The notes under the pieces are model-generated. The model saw only the letters and a list, made by a program, of their open reading frames with translations, did no database searches and was not told the origin of the DNA. DNA of 64,000 bases, from assembly GCA_001724265.1 (NCBI GenBank), contig MEDY01000138.1, forward strand, positions 1 to 64,000. Direction: 5' to 3'. Both the position numbers and the translations under genes were made by a program. The stretch's first letter is position 1; each line of letters starts with the position of its first letter. Source of the DNA: Rhizaria sp. SCN 62-66. Its lineage: Eukaryota. Shown here in pieces: positions 11,644-24,722 of this stretch.

Positions 11644-14129
11644 TCATCCGCGGTGGTCCGCAGCGAGCACAGTCTTGCAGTGACGACACGTCTTGCTGAC
11701 CAGGTCCCAGTCGAGGCCGCCCGCATGCTCAGCACACGCCCCCGCGCCCGCAGCGCCAGGGCCAGCGCCAGCGCCAGTGCCAGCGGCGGCGCCAGCGGTG
11801 GCGGCAGAGGCGCCACCGCCGGGCTTGTTGGCGGCCATGGCAGAGCTGTTGCCGAGCGTGTTTGACGCCCCCGAGAAAAGCTTGACGCCGTATCTAGTAG
11901 CCCAGTCGGCCTTCTCGGCGCGCGCCTTGTCGGCCGCGGCCTGCTGCTGCTGCTGCTGAGTGGCGACGTTGACGCGGACCTGGTCCAGAAGCGTCTGCTG
12001 CGCCTTGGCGACGGTGCGGACTGCGACGGGCGGGACCGAGATGACGAAGCCGTGTGACGCGAGGGTCACAAGCGCGTGCCCGTTGGCCGCGCCGAACATG
12101 TACGCTGAGCGGAGGAACGACAGAGGCGGGTCGAAGAGGGTCTCGTGCAGCGACGTGATGCGCTCGTGGCTACGTTAGAATACAAATAGTAGAACACGAA
12201 GAGAGGAGATGTGAGACGAAAAAAAGAATTTAATTAAACAAAAGCAATAATAAGCAGTTTAGTTAAGAATTACTTCATTTCAAGGATATTTTAAACATTC
12301 TGACTCCTCGCAAACCAATGCCAGTCGACGTACCGCGTGGTGTCGTTGACGGTGACCGTAAGGTGCGCCTGCAGCACGTTGCGGTTGTGCACCCGCAGCA
12401 GCATGCGCTCCTTGACCGTCATCTCCTCCTCCTTGCGTTGGCGACGCAGCCGCGTGGCTTCGTCTTCGTCGCTCGTGTTTCCGCCGTCCGGGTCGCTGCT
12501 GTCATCGCTGGCACTGTCGCTGCCGCTGCCGCGGCGCCGCTTGCCGTCCGCGTCGTCGCCGTCGTCGTCGTCGCTGTTGTTGGCGTCGTCGCTGTCGTCG
12601 TGGTCGCTGTCAAACTCGCTCAGCTGGCCCAGCCCCTTGGACGACTTGCCCCCCTTCGACTTGCCTTTCTTGCCGCCCTTAGACTTCTTCCCCTTGCCGC
12701 CGCCGCCACCCTTGCGCTCGTCCTCCTCCTCCTCGTCGTCAGAGTAGTAGTCGTTGGGCCCCTTGTTGAGTCCGCCCAGCTTCCGCGCCGCACGCCGCGC
12801 CTGCCGCGCCGCCCGCAGCATCTTCTTCTTCCGGCTCATGCCGATCTTGCTCTTCTCCTCGGCCGCCGCCGCCGCCGCCGCCTCGGCCGCCTCGGTCTCG
12901 GTGTCGAGCGCGACAACACCTGCGTCCTTGCGCTTCTTCGGGGCGAAGTCGGCGGGGTTGAGGTTCAGCACGGGGTCGGGCGCGTCCCCGGCGGCGGCCA
13001 GCACCAGCGCCATGAGGTCTGACACTTTGGTGACTGCTGTGCCCCCAGTACCGTCGGTGATCGGCAGCGAAACCTCGCCACGGTTGCCCTTGGCGGCCGT
13101 CTGGTCCGCGGGCGGCACGTTCACCCAGTCACAAAACCGGTCCTGGTCGGAGAAGGTCCACTTCTTGACGCGGCGGAAGCAGAAGCGCACAGGCTCCGGC
13201 GGGGGCGGAGGAGCCTGCAGCAACACACAAACAAAGGAAAGGAAAGAGATGTTTGTTTGTGAGTATATTATATTGACTTTTTAAATCTAAAACAAAAGCA
13301 AAACGATGCGATTTAATGCAATTTACACGAGTAGATTAATCAGCTTTCGCTCGCATATCCTATAGGTGAGATATTCTCTGTTTAATTGTCGTACCTGCGG
13401 GGCCTCCTTGAAGCGCTTGATCGAGACGACCTCTACGGTGAGCGCGGCGTCGTCGCCGACCGGGCGGCCTTTCTTGTCAAGCAGCGGAATCTTGAGCGGC
13501 TGGCCGTGCAGCCGCACCACGCGCACAAGCGCGAAGTCGACGGAGCCGTAGAGAGTGGCGCCCTTGAGGATCGAGCCGGTTTTATCGGACACGTCCCAGA
13601 TGTCGAACTTGACTTGCTGGCGGCGGCGCGCGCTGAAGACGAGCTCGAACGTGCGGTGGAAAGACGGGTTCGGCTCGTCGATCACGACCTCCGTGCGCCC
13701 CACGCTCTCCCAGGGCCGCTCGGGTGTCTGGCGGATAGAGACGTAGGTACAGGACACGGCCTGTGTGAAGCGAAAAAAACGCGCAGCAACAAAGAAAGAA
13801 AGAAAGCGTGTTGGATTAGGCATTGTTTGAAGACATGTACGTCTTTGTTTTACAGTAGAAGTAGAGTTTATCACCATGCAGGATCCGTATATTAGTATGT
13901 CGAGCTTTTCGAGCGAAATGTTTTTGTTAATCGATTAAAAGGTGCGTACCTGAATGTTAGGGTAGAGGCGCGGCAGGTCCGAGCACTTGAGCGCGAGCGT
14001 CACGTGCGCCAAGTGCGAGGTCGAGCCCGCGGGGCGCTTGTTGGCCTTGGCGTTGGCGTTGCCGCCACCGCTAGCGTCGAGCTGCGCGTCGTCGGCGGCC
14101 GACGTGAGGTCGTTGATGATGGCCGCCAT
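11644..14129 (-). CDS. C2-domain (copine-like C2A) protein, ~650 aa, no VWA domain seen; exons 14129-13950, 13760-13395, 13214-12334, 12169-11644 (alternative ATG at 14180)
   Basis: Copine-like C2 sequence LKCSDLP...WESVGRTEVVIDEPNPSF..FEL.F..QQVKFDIWDV. Frame-consistent GT-AG introns. Ends in TGA. Confidence 0.7.
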
Positions 14130-15083
14130 GTTGCTGTTGGTCGGCGGCAGCAGCGACAGGGAAAGCGAGGGACGGGACATTTTGACTCACAAGGGTGTCG
14201 TATACACACGCGGGATGTAGGAAATGCAGTCACAAAGCTGGTGAGATGAGAGGGTCAGAGGTGGCTCTGCACTGAAAGTCACAGAAGGGCTTACAGCAGA
14301 GGCAGGAGCGAAGACTTCAAGGGCTTCAAGGCAAAGCTTAAGCAAAGCTGGGAAACGGCTGGCAGAAGCGCAGTTAGAGCTGAGCTGCAGTGAGTATCCA
14401 CACCAAGCAAGAGCTAGAGCTAGTGCAGCTAGAGCTTGGAGGCTGGAGCTTAGCAGAGGGCAGCCAGTTGCGACCGGGGTGCTTTGAGGGAGAGTAAGGG
14501 AGGCAGCAGCTAGCGCGCTGTTCTAAGCCTATGAGAGAAATGTAGAGCAGTAATACCGTAGAGTAACACGTTGGCAGTACTGTTGTTCTGCGATAGAGCC
14601 TTGTGAAAAAGGCCTGGGGCTCTGGGGGTGGACAAAGAGGAGGCAACAAGGTAGTGCACAAGAGCGGGGAGGAGAGGATGAGCGGGAGGGAAATGCAAGG
14701 GATAGTCGTTAATTGATACACTTCGAAAATAAAGATAAAGAAAAACCTGCGCGGGTAATCCATAAATCGCATTGATTTTGCACTATAACGACGGGAAAGT
14801 CCCTTATGACCGCCCTTAACATCACCGAAACAAGACAGCTCAAAAAACGGTCGGGCTGCTCTGCGGCCCACAGTCACCGGACTGGACTGTAGTCCCAGCC
14901 AACCACCACTAGAACGGAGCAAGCGACGAAGTCCTAAAGTGCGTCCGCCTCACGTTTCACTTGCTTGACGCACTTTAGATCGTCAAAACAACACATGCTC
15001 AGATTATGAGATAGGAACTCACTTAATCTCCTTAATATGCAATTTTTGTTTGTCCAGACTTCGTTCTTGTTTGTCCTCGACCG

Positions 15084-15613
15084 ATGTCCGCTAGGCACTC
15101 CGCCGCCGCGTTTAGTAAACTCTTGCCCGTCGTTGCGCCGCCCTCCCTGTCCCCGCCCCCCCTCTCCGGCCCCGTCTCGGCCCCGCGCACGCTTGCGCCC
15201 GCCGCCGCAGCGGCCGCCCAGCCCGCCGCGTCGCCCAAGTCGTCCAGCGGCCGCTCTCTGAGCTCGACAATGTCCTCCCCTCACCACTCGCCCCACTCGC
15301 AGGCGCAGGCGCAGGCGCAGGGTCAGGGCCAGGCGCAGCGCCAGCAGCAACACCAGCAGCAGCAGGGACCGGGGCAGCAGGCGCAGTTGGCCTTCGGCTC
15401 CGCGTCTCCCCCCGCCCCAGCCTCGACTGCAGCCGCAGCCGCTGCGGCGACGGCTTCGTTCTACGCCCTCCCGTTCGCCACCGCCTCGGCCGCCACCGCC
15501 GCCGCCACCGGGTCTGCCTCTGGCCCCGTCGCTGCCCCCGGCCCCGGCTCTGGCGCTGGCACTGGCTCGGGCTCTATGAACACTGGCCGTGGCAACAGCA
15601 ACAACAGCAACAA

Positions 15614-15670
<57 letters not shown>

Positions 15671-16775
15671 GAGCAGCAGCCGCAGCGGCCGCAATGCGGG
15701 CAATCCCAACAGCAACAACAACAACCGTGGCCGCAACAACAACAACACCAACACCAACAGCACCAACTCGACTGCTGCCACTACTGCTGCTGCCGCTGCT
15801 AACGCTCATGGCAACCCTGCTCTCAGCAACCTCGGCCTCAGCTTCGTCACCGCTGTTGCGACGACGACCCACACCACTGGCAGCAACACGAACATGACTG
15901 GCTCCGGCGCCAGCAGCGTCAACGCCAACGGCGGGGTCGCCACTCCGTCCTCTTTGTCACTCGCCGACCGAGTCAGCGCCGCCGGCGGCAGTCCAAGTAC
16001 CCCCGCGGTCGCTGCGGCTGCTGCTGGTTCGAGTGTAAGCAGCGCTAGTCCCCCTTACACCGCGACCAGCAGCGGCAGCGGCAGCGGCGGCGGTGGCAGC
16101 GGCGCCCCGGCCGCGGCAACGACGGCGGCGGCGGGTGCGGCTGCCCCTTACAATGTAAGTAGCTACGCGCAATCGCGCTCAGCGCACGCCGCGGCGTCCT
16201 TCTTCCCGGTCCCGGCCTCCGCGCTGGCTGCGGCAGGGCTGATCGTCGTCCCTTTGGCCTCCGCCTCAGCCTCAGCATCCACAGCCTCAGCCACAGCGGG
16301 AGCAGGAGCGAGTGCGAACGCAAGCGACGTTGCTGCGGCGACTGGGAGTGAGGCGCTTTCGTTCTCCTCGCTGTCGCTCATGCAGCCGCTGGCTACCGGG
16401 CACACCAGTGCCGCCGGCGCCGCGGGCAGCGTTGTCGCGGGCAGCGGCAACAGCGGCAACAAAGCCCAGAACCAGAGCCAGAGCCAGAGCCAGAGCTCCG
16501 TGGTCGCCGCTGTCGTCAACGGTCTTAGTGTAAGTACCCCGCTCAAGAGCGCTCTGCGGGCCAAAGTGACCCCGTTTGTGCCGTCCCGGGGCTTCGCCGC
16601 CTCCGTCGCCGCCGCCGCTGCCGCTGCCACTGCCGCCGCCGCGGCGAACAATGCCAATCATAACAACGCTACTGGGCACAACAGCAACAACAACAGCAGC
16701 AGCAGTAGTACTGGCAGTCAGGCGAGCATGGGTACCGGCAGTTTCACCGCAGTCGGCACCCGTGGCGGCTCTAGC

Positions 16776-16815
<40 letters not shown>

Positions 16816-19800
16816 GCACGAGTAACGGCCGCGGCGACAAGTTAGGCCGCTTCCCCTTTGGCGGCGCACAGTCACCCTTGAATACCAACAACAACACCAG
16901 CAACAGCAACAGCAATAACGCTGCCCAGAGCAACACTGTGAGTAATTCTAGCCAGAGCGTCAGTGCTGCGTTGCTGAACGGCAGCAACAAGGCGAACAGC
17001 AGGGCTAGCAACAACAACAACAACAACAACAACAGCAACAACAATTCTGCTGTGAACCCTCGCGGCGCCCCCAACACTCCGATGAAGCGCGGTACCTCTG
17101 GCGGCCTAAGTTCCGCGTCGGGCGGCTTAACTTCAGCTCTCGGCGTCCTGTCACTTACGACCCGTCCTCTCAGCACATCCGCCATGGATGCTCAAAGCGG
17201 CAGCAGCAGTAACAACATCGTCAATGCCGCTTCGACGAACAGCAACGCTGCGTTTGTCGCGGCTGACTCGAGCGCTCTCGATGCTGCGACTGACATGATG
17301 GATCCCGACCCCACCGACGCCGTGGCCGCTGCCGCCGAGGCCGAGGCCGCGCTGGCCCTGGGCAGCGTCGTCCTGGTCTCGCGCCGCACCGCCGCGCTCT
17401 ACGACGCCGACTCGTCGCAGGAGGCGGCGTTGGATTCGTACTTCACCGCCACCGCCACCGCGGCCGCCGGTGTGACGGACGTCTCGCTGCCGCCGCCGCT
17501 GCCGCTCGCCAGCCTACTCAGCAACAGCAGCAGCAACAACAACAACAACAACAACAACAGCCTCAATCTCAATAACAACAGTCTCACTGGTAGCTCAAGC
17601 AGCGCGAGCGCGAGCGCGAGTGGCGGCTATTTGCCGCCGGTGCCGCTGCCGTTGGCGACTGCGACTCTTTTAGCAAATGGCAATATCAGCGGTCACGGCA
17701 ATAGCGACGTTGGCTCGAGCGCGAACAGTGTCAGGGCCAGTGCCGTTGATGGCGGGGATCTAAGTAGCAGTCGCGCCGGTCTAAGTACTCTCGTGAGCAG
17801 CAACAGCGCCGCTGGCGTCTACTTAGACAACGTACTTACCGCATCTAAGTACCACGCCATCGCACGCAACACTGTACCTGTTACTAGCGTTACTGAAACC
17901 AATGTAAGTGGCGACAACATGAACAACAACAGCAGCATTGTGCCCATTTCGCTTCCTGCACCCACCACCAACAGCTACAGCAACTACAACGCTACCGGCC
18001 TCGAGGCTGCTGCGTTTGATACTGCTGCTGCTGCCGGCGCCGACTGGCTCAGTCTAAGTACCCCCTTAGCGCTGGCGGGCGACCCCAGCGGCCTTGCGCT
18101 GCCGCTGCCGTCGCCGCTGCCGCCGCACCTGCTGGTGGCGGACCCGCGTCTTACGCTCACGGTCTCGACGCCCGACGAGCTGGCGTTCGTGATGCCCACT
18201 CTGGCCGCGGCGGCGTCGCTGGCGCTGGACCTGGAGTTCAGCACGTACCCTCGCTACAGGCCCGCGCTGGAACTCATGCAGATCGCAACGCCGCCGCCCG
18301 CGCTGCCGCATGCCGTGTCCGCCGAGTCTGCTACTGCTGGCGCTGGCGCTGGGTCTGCGTCTGGGTCTGCGAACGCCACTGGCGACAGCGGCGGTGACCT
18401 AGACGCTGACGGGGCCCAAGGGGGCACGTATGAGGGCCACGTGCGGACCCTGCGTGGCCGCGGCCGCGCCGCTGCCCGCCGCCTGGGGCTGTTGCGCGTG
18501 CGCCGCGCCGTCCGCGAGACGCTGCTGCACTGCAGGGCGAACCATAGTAACGAGGCGGGAACGGGGGCCGCGCCGCTGCAGGCGCTCGAGGGCGAGGCCG
18601 GCACCGAGAGCGTGCTCAGCAACGTCTTTTTCGACTCTTACATCAACAGCGGTAGCAACAGCAACGACAGCAGTGTCGAAAACACGAATGCTCCGACTGC
18701 TCATGCTCATGTTCATGCGAGTGCGCGTGTTGTGAGCTTCCCTGTTGATCTAAGTGCTGCTGCGATGGCGCTTACATTCCCGAACGTGCCCGCTTCTGCT
18801 ATCAGTATCAATCAAGAACAGCAACATCAGCCCTTAGATGGTCTAAGTAGCACCGAGGTTTGGGTGCTGCAGGCTCTGCTCGGCGACGAGGCGCTCGGCC
18901 CTTACACCAACGGTCTAAGTACCCCCTTAGTCGACGTCGACGAGGTTAGCTTAGACGAGGATCTCAGCATCTCCTCGGTGCTCTTGCCGCCCCGCCTGCC
19001 ACCGCTAGAGCCCCTGCCTCTGTTCTTCCACACCGCGAGCCAGAATAGCGGTGACGATCTAAGTACCCCATCAAGCGCCGGTTCAAGTGCTTCGTCCCGC
19101 GCCGTCCTCGCCGCGTTGGCCCGCAGCCCCCTGGTGGCGGCCGCGGCCTCCGCGCTGGCAACGGCAGACGCCGCCGCCGCCGCCGCCGCGCGGCTGGACC
19201 TGGCCGAGGCCGCCGTGGCCGCCGCCGCCGCCGAGGCCGCCGCGGCCGGTCTGGGCGCCGCCGCGCCCGCGACTTTAGCCGCCGCGGCCGCGCGGGCCGC
19301 GGCGGCGGCGACCGACGCTGAGGCGCTCGGCGCGCTCGTCGCGCTCGCTAAGGGGGTACTTAGTGCGGGTAAGTACTCCGGCGTTGCGCTCGTGCGCCTG
19401 TGTAGCGCCGATAGTGATCCGACGACGAGTGATTCGTTGTTTGCCAGTGTAGTCAGCAGTCTCATCGGTGTGGACAACGCGGACAACAACAACAACAACA
19501 GCAGCAGCGACAATACCTCCACCCACGTGGCCCTGAACGGCGCTGTGAGTGCCTTGCTGGAGTCCATTGTTAGTACCACAGGTCTAAGTACCGCTCCTAA
19601 CAACAACGGCAACACCAACATCGAGAGCGGGCGTCTTATCTTAACGCAGATCTACCCCGCCCTCAGCCCTGCTTGCCGCCTCAAGAGCGACTGGGGCCTT
19701 CCTCTCTTTGCTAGCAACAACAGCAAGAGCAACAGTAACAGTAACAACAACAACAGCAACGCCAAGCGCAGTTTGAGCCACGCGAACGTCAACGACGATG

Positions 19801-21404
19801 CGACTGCCTCTGCTGCTGGCGGCAGCGCAGCCGTGGCCGCGGCGCTGGCGCAGCGGGGCGTGTCCGTGGTGATCGACTGCCAGGCGCTGGCGGGCCACCT
19901 GCGGCCGTTGCTGCGCCTACTGAACCGCAAGGAGTGTCTGCTGCACGGCTCCGCGGTCGACCTACAGGTGTTGCAGGAGCTCGAGGCAGAGTATCAGGGC
20001 GAGAACGGCACTCCGGGCCGCCTCGTCGACACGCAGCTCGCGGCGGCGTTCGCGGCAGGGGTCGGCAGCGACGCCGCCGCCAGGTCACACGTCGTCGCCA
20101 ACGTCGCCAAGCACTCGCGCGCACTTACAGCGCTAAGTGCCTCGCTCCTCAGCAGCGGCGGCGACCCACCCGCGGCCCCCGCCTCGTCCGTAGTAGCCGT
20201 CACCGATGCCGCGGCGCCGTATCTCTTCCGCGGCGCGTGCGCTGGGCTCCCCGACGCCGCGGGCTCTGCGCTTTCCCTCGGCTCCCTGGCCTACGCCGCG
20301 CTGGGGTTGACACTGGCCAAGGGGCTCGGCGGCAGCGACTGGGCGCGGCGCCCGCTCTCGGCCGAACAGCTGCAGTACGCCGTCGACGACGTGCGCTGGC
20401 TGCACCAGATCCGCTGGCGCTTGGTGGCTCTGCTAGAGACGCTGCCGCCTGTTGCGCGGACCAGTCCTCTCTTCACAAACAACAGCAACCCCGCCAACAG
20501 CACTGCCAGCACGGTCAACGTGGGCTTTCTTTCGCGCTCGTCGCTGCTGCGCGCCGAGTCCGAAGTGCTGCGCTTGTCCCGCCGCGAGCCGCCCGCGCCG
20601 CACCTGGCGTGGCTTTCCCTCCGCGGCCGGCCGACCCCCGCGCCCGCCTTTCCCCCCCCCGCCGCCGCCGCCGCCGGCTCCGCGGGCGGCTACACTCTCG
20701 CGCTGCCCCCCGCGATTGCGGCGGCGCGCTTCGTCGACACGCGCCTCCGCGTCTTGGCTCAGTGGCGCGAGCTCGAGGCCATCCGCCAGCAGCGCGACCC
20801 CCGCTTCCTGCTTAAGGACGAGGTCGTCGTCGCCCTCGCGCGGCGCCCGCCCGCCACCGTGGGCGACGTGGACGCGCTGGGGTACCACGCAGCCTTCGCG
20901 CAGCGCCACGCGGAGGTCGTGCTGCGGCTCATCGCGGCCGCCGACGCTGAGACCCACGCGAGCAATCAGAACCCGGAGTATACCGGGCAACAAGTCGCCG
21001 CCGCCGCCGCCGCGAGTGCCGCCGGCGCGGGCGGCGGCGGCGGCGGCTTCGGCAGCAGCATCACAGGAGGCGGCGGCGGCGGTGGTGGTTTCGCTTCGCC
21101 GGTGGTGAGCGGCCAGGACAGCAAGACGGCACAGGCCGCGTTGCTGCACCTGTGCGCCGCCGTGGCCGCCGCGGCCGCGCGCGCGTGCGGGCTGGCCTCT
21201 GAGCTGCTGGCGCCGCCCGCCGAGCTGCGCGCGTTTGCGCTGGCGGCGTCGGCCGAGGAGGAGGCCACTACGGCCGTCGCACTCGGCTTCCGCAGGGAGC
21301 TGGTCGGCGGCCCGCTGCGCGCCGCCAAGCGGGGCGCAACCGTGAGCATGCGCTGGGACAGCAGCGAGGGCGCGCTCGTTATTGCAGGCATCCAGCAGCA
21401 GTGA
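15084..21404 (+). CDS. Ribonuclease D-like DEDDy 3'-5' exonuclease with HRDC domain; intronless, ~2100 aa (start could be ATG 15270)
   Basis: ExoI LALDLEF...LMQIAT, ExoII LHGSAVDL, DTQLAA, ExoIII SDWARRPLSAEQLQYAVDDV, HRDC LAQWRELEA..RDPRFLLKDE, C-terminal GFRRELVG. Ends in TGA. Confidence 0.85.
15593..15680 (+). repeat. (AAC)/(AGC) trinucleotide tract encoding poly-Asn/poly-Ser
   Basis: Long run of AGC repeats in the RNase D N-terminal extension. Confidence 0.9.
18054..18069 (+). repeat. Representative copy of the dispersed exonic hairpin CTAAGTACCCCCTTAG
   Basis: 5-bp inverted repeat CTAAG/CTTAG around TACCCC. Identical copy at 18915-18930; reverse copies at 19348-19363, 28178-28193 and 29730-29745. 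Confidence 0.85.
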
Positions 21405-22117
21405 CGCGCGCAGCAGCAGTCACGGTGGCAGGAAGGAGTTACGAGAACAGTGACTTGTTAAGCTGACATGACACGATGTCATTTGTTATTTGACCTTTAT
21501 TTAGTTTGTTAAATAGTTTGTTTGTTTGAGTGATATTTTTTGATCATGCATGTAGATAATACATCGTATATACGGACGCAGTCTCCAGTTTTATACTCAG
21601 TAGTTGTTCAGCCTGAGCATGAGCAAACTCTGACTGAGCAATCGCCAAATCGATCTCTTTCTCAGCCAAAGCGTCCGCCCGATCAAGCTTGCACTGGGCC
21701 ATATGCATTTTATCACCAACATCATTCAATTGCGCAGCATAACCGCTGGTGGCTTCGCAGTTGTAGAGTAACCAAAATGATAACCTGCTGTGCTGTACAC
21801 CAGGAGCGAGACCATGCATTCATGGCTATCAATTCACTTCGAACTGGCGATACAAACTCCGTGCATATCGGAGGAGAAATAATGAGACGGAGTTGTGTGT
21901 ACATGATGCGCATACATATTATGGCTATCATTGAAGCATATCGCTACTGTTGTTTCTGAACGCCTCCGCGGCACCGGCTCCAGGTGTGATAGTGGTGACT
22001 GAACGAGACGACGAGTAATGGATATAAAGTCTTTCCTTTGTATTCTAATCACATAAAAACACCACCAAACCGCACAACACACACACAACACTTAATAAAA
22101 CGAAGATCGTCAGGAGC

Positions 22118-22149
22118 GAGAGAGAGATCGAGAGAGAGAGAGAGAGAGA
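22118..22149 (+). repeat. (GA)n microsatellite downstream of the CTH stop codon
   Basis: gagagagagatcgagagagagagagagagaga. Confidence 0.85.
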
Positions 22150-22226
22150 AAAGCTTAGTCAATCAACACACAAAGCGTCGGCGACATCGCAGTCCTACAC
22201 TTCATGTACAATCGGCTTCGCCGCGT

Positions 22227-23595
22227 TTAGATCTGGGCGAGGGCCTGAGTGAGGTCGGCGAGCAGGTCGGCCTTGTCCTCGACACCGACGCTGAGGCGGA
22301 GCATGTTGTCGGCGATACCCAGCTTGGCGCGCATCTCGGCGGGCACGGACGCGTGGGTCATGAGAGCGGGGTGCTCAGAGAGCGACTCGACGGCGCCCAG
22401 CGACTCGGCGCACGCGAAGAGCTTGAGCGCGCCCAGGAAGACCTTGCTCTCCTCGAGCCCGCCCTTGAGGTAGACGGTGATCATGCCGCCGTGGCCCGAG
22501 GTCTGCTTGCACGCAATGGCGTGCTGCGGGTGCGACTTGAGCCCAGGGTACACGACCTTCTCGACCTTGGGGTGCGCCTCGAGCAGCTCGGCGACGGCCT
22601 GCGCGTTCTCGGCGTGCGCCTTCATGCGCAGCGCGAGCGTCTTGACGCCGCGGAGCGCCATGTACGAGTCGAAGGGGGAGAGGATGGCGCCGAGACCGTT
22701 CTGGAGGAACTTGAACTTGGTGTTGAGCTCGGCCGAGTTAGTGACGATAACGCCACCGACGACGTCCGAGTGGCCGTTGATGTACTTGGTGATCGAGTGG
22801 ATGACAACGTCCGCGCCGTGGTTCAGCGGGTTCTGGAAGTAGGGCGTCATGAAGGTGTTGTCGACGACCATGAGGATGCCGCGCGCCTTGCAGATCTTGG
22901 ACACAGCCTCCATGTCCGTCACCTTGAGGGTCGGGTTAGTGGGAGTCTCGAGCCACACGAGCTTGGTCTTGGGCGTGATGGCGGCCTCGAACGCGCCCTC
23001 AACGTTGAAGTCGAGGAACGTGAAGGACAGGTTGTTGGTGACCGAGGCGATGCGGTTGAAGTAGCGCTGGGTGCCGCCGTAGACGTCGTCGACGGTGATG
23101 ACATGGGAGCCCGACTCGAGGAGGTGCAGCACCGTCGCGATGGCAGAGGAGCCAGAGGCGAAGGCGAGGCCGAACTTGGCCTGCTCGCACGCGGCGATGC
23201 ACGTCTCGAAGGCCTCACTGGGGGGGCACGAAACCACGTCGAAAGGAGAAAATGCATTTGCACAAAATGCATTGTGGTGGAAACGGAGAAAAAGATATCG
23301 CACAGTGAGATAGATGCATGTAAGAAAAAAACCAAAAGATACAGAGAGATGCATGCGTTGAGTATATGCACAAAGTATATTTATAGTGCTGACAAGTGTT
23401 TATGAACATGAAACTTGAGTGTGGGGCGTACCGAGTGGGGTTGCCAGTGCGAGAGTACTCGTACTCGCCGGCGACGCCGGGGACCTTCTGGGCGAAAGTG
23501 GTGGCGAGAGAGATGGGGACGGCGACGGCGCCGGTGCGGGGGTCGGGCTCCTGGCCGGCGTGGATAGCAGTGGTGCTGAAACCCTGGGAAGACAT
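22227..23595 (-). CDS. CTH: Cystathionine gamma-lyase, 384 aa; exons 23595-23432, 23217-22227
   Basis: TTAIHAGQ, YEYSRTGNPTR, DDVYGGT, WLETPTNP, VDNTF, PLP-lysine motif HSITKYINGHSD, AESLG, RLSVGVE. Strong codon bias and no insertions. Ends in TAA. Confidence 0.96.
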
Positions 23596-24274
23596 ACGGG
23601 GGAAGACTTCTAAAGAGTGGAAGCAGAGCGAGATGTGATGATGTGAGCGAGGCCGATTTGAAGACAAGATTAAACGGGAAAGTTCGCCATATTTCCATGA
23701 ATAATTAATGCAGACGGACAGTAGTATTGATTGAATTTCCCGTAATATGTGTCTTTTACTCAGATGAAGGTACGAATATGACGAATATCTCACATTCCGA
23801 AAGCGCGTTTTGGTCCTCTTCTGGAGCCGGACGACGAGGACAAGCCTGCGATCCGGCCAAGTCTACGTCCCACGGTCACGGGAGGCCTAACTTCCTCTCC
23901 GACAAAGACAAAACAAGCAATTATAACAATCTAATCAAGTCTTAGTGCAAATAAAACCAATACATAATCGTACTAAATGTATTCTTATACCATAAAATCG
24001 TGCAATAAATACCTCAAACCTTACATATCCTTCTCATATCGACGCAAACATGGGACCGTGACGCTGCATACAACACTGATACATCCATTAAACCACTGCA
24101 TATCTCGCGCATATAAACTCCTATGACGTTATAGCTTGACCAGCGCACCAATAAATACCCCCTGTAGCACATACTCTACCCAGTCGCTATCTCGCTTGAT
24201 CTTCGGACACAGACACAGGACTCCATACAACTACAGTGTTTTAGCTGTTTAAACTCAAGTCTTACAAGTCACAC

Positions 24275-24684
24275 TCAGTAGCGTCCAAGGACGCGCCACA
24301 CCTCATCCTCGACCTCTCCCAGCGGCACAGTTTTCTCAGTCCTGCCCCGCATGTCCTTGACGACCGCCAACCCGGCCCTGGCTTCGTTCTCCCCGACTAC
24401 CACGGCGACCGGTGCACGGGTTTCCGCGGCGCCCGCGGCGGCCAGCTGCGACCGCCAGGGCCGAGCGGGCGTCATCAACACCCTTAGGCCACCGGCGCCG
24501 CCGCCGCCGCGGGTGAGTACCCCCCTAAACGACGGCGGCGACAGATCCGCATCAGCGTCAGCGTCAGCGTCAGCATCGGCATCAGCCTCGTTGTGGGTAA
24601 GTACCCCCTTAGTCGAGCGGCGGAGGGTCTCTGAGAGGCGCAGCGCCACAGCAACCACGCTCGCACTGTTCACATTACTATTAG

Positions 24685-24722
<38 letters not shown>

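Noticed and set aside
22038-23405. Long antisense or alternative-frame ORFs (e.g. 22038-23405, 33960-35396, 48195-50471, 58439-59716)
   Set aside because: These are shadows of GC-rich, codon-biased or repeat-rich genes on the other strand or frame, with no independent motifs.
24597-24612. GTAAGTACCCCCTTAG as a 16-nt GT-AG micro-intron
   Set aside because: This copy and the one at 31730 are antisense to their host genes. Most sense copies start with CT, and removing 16 nt would break open frames.
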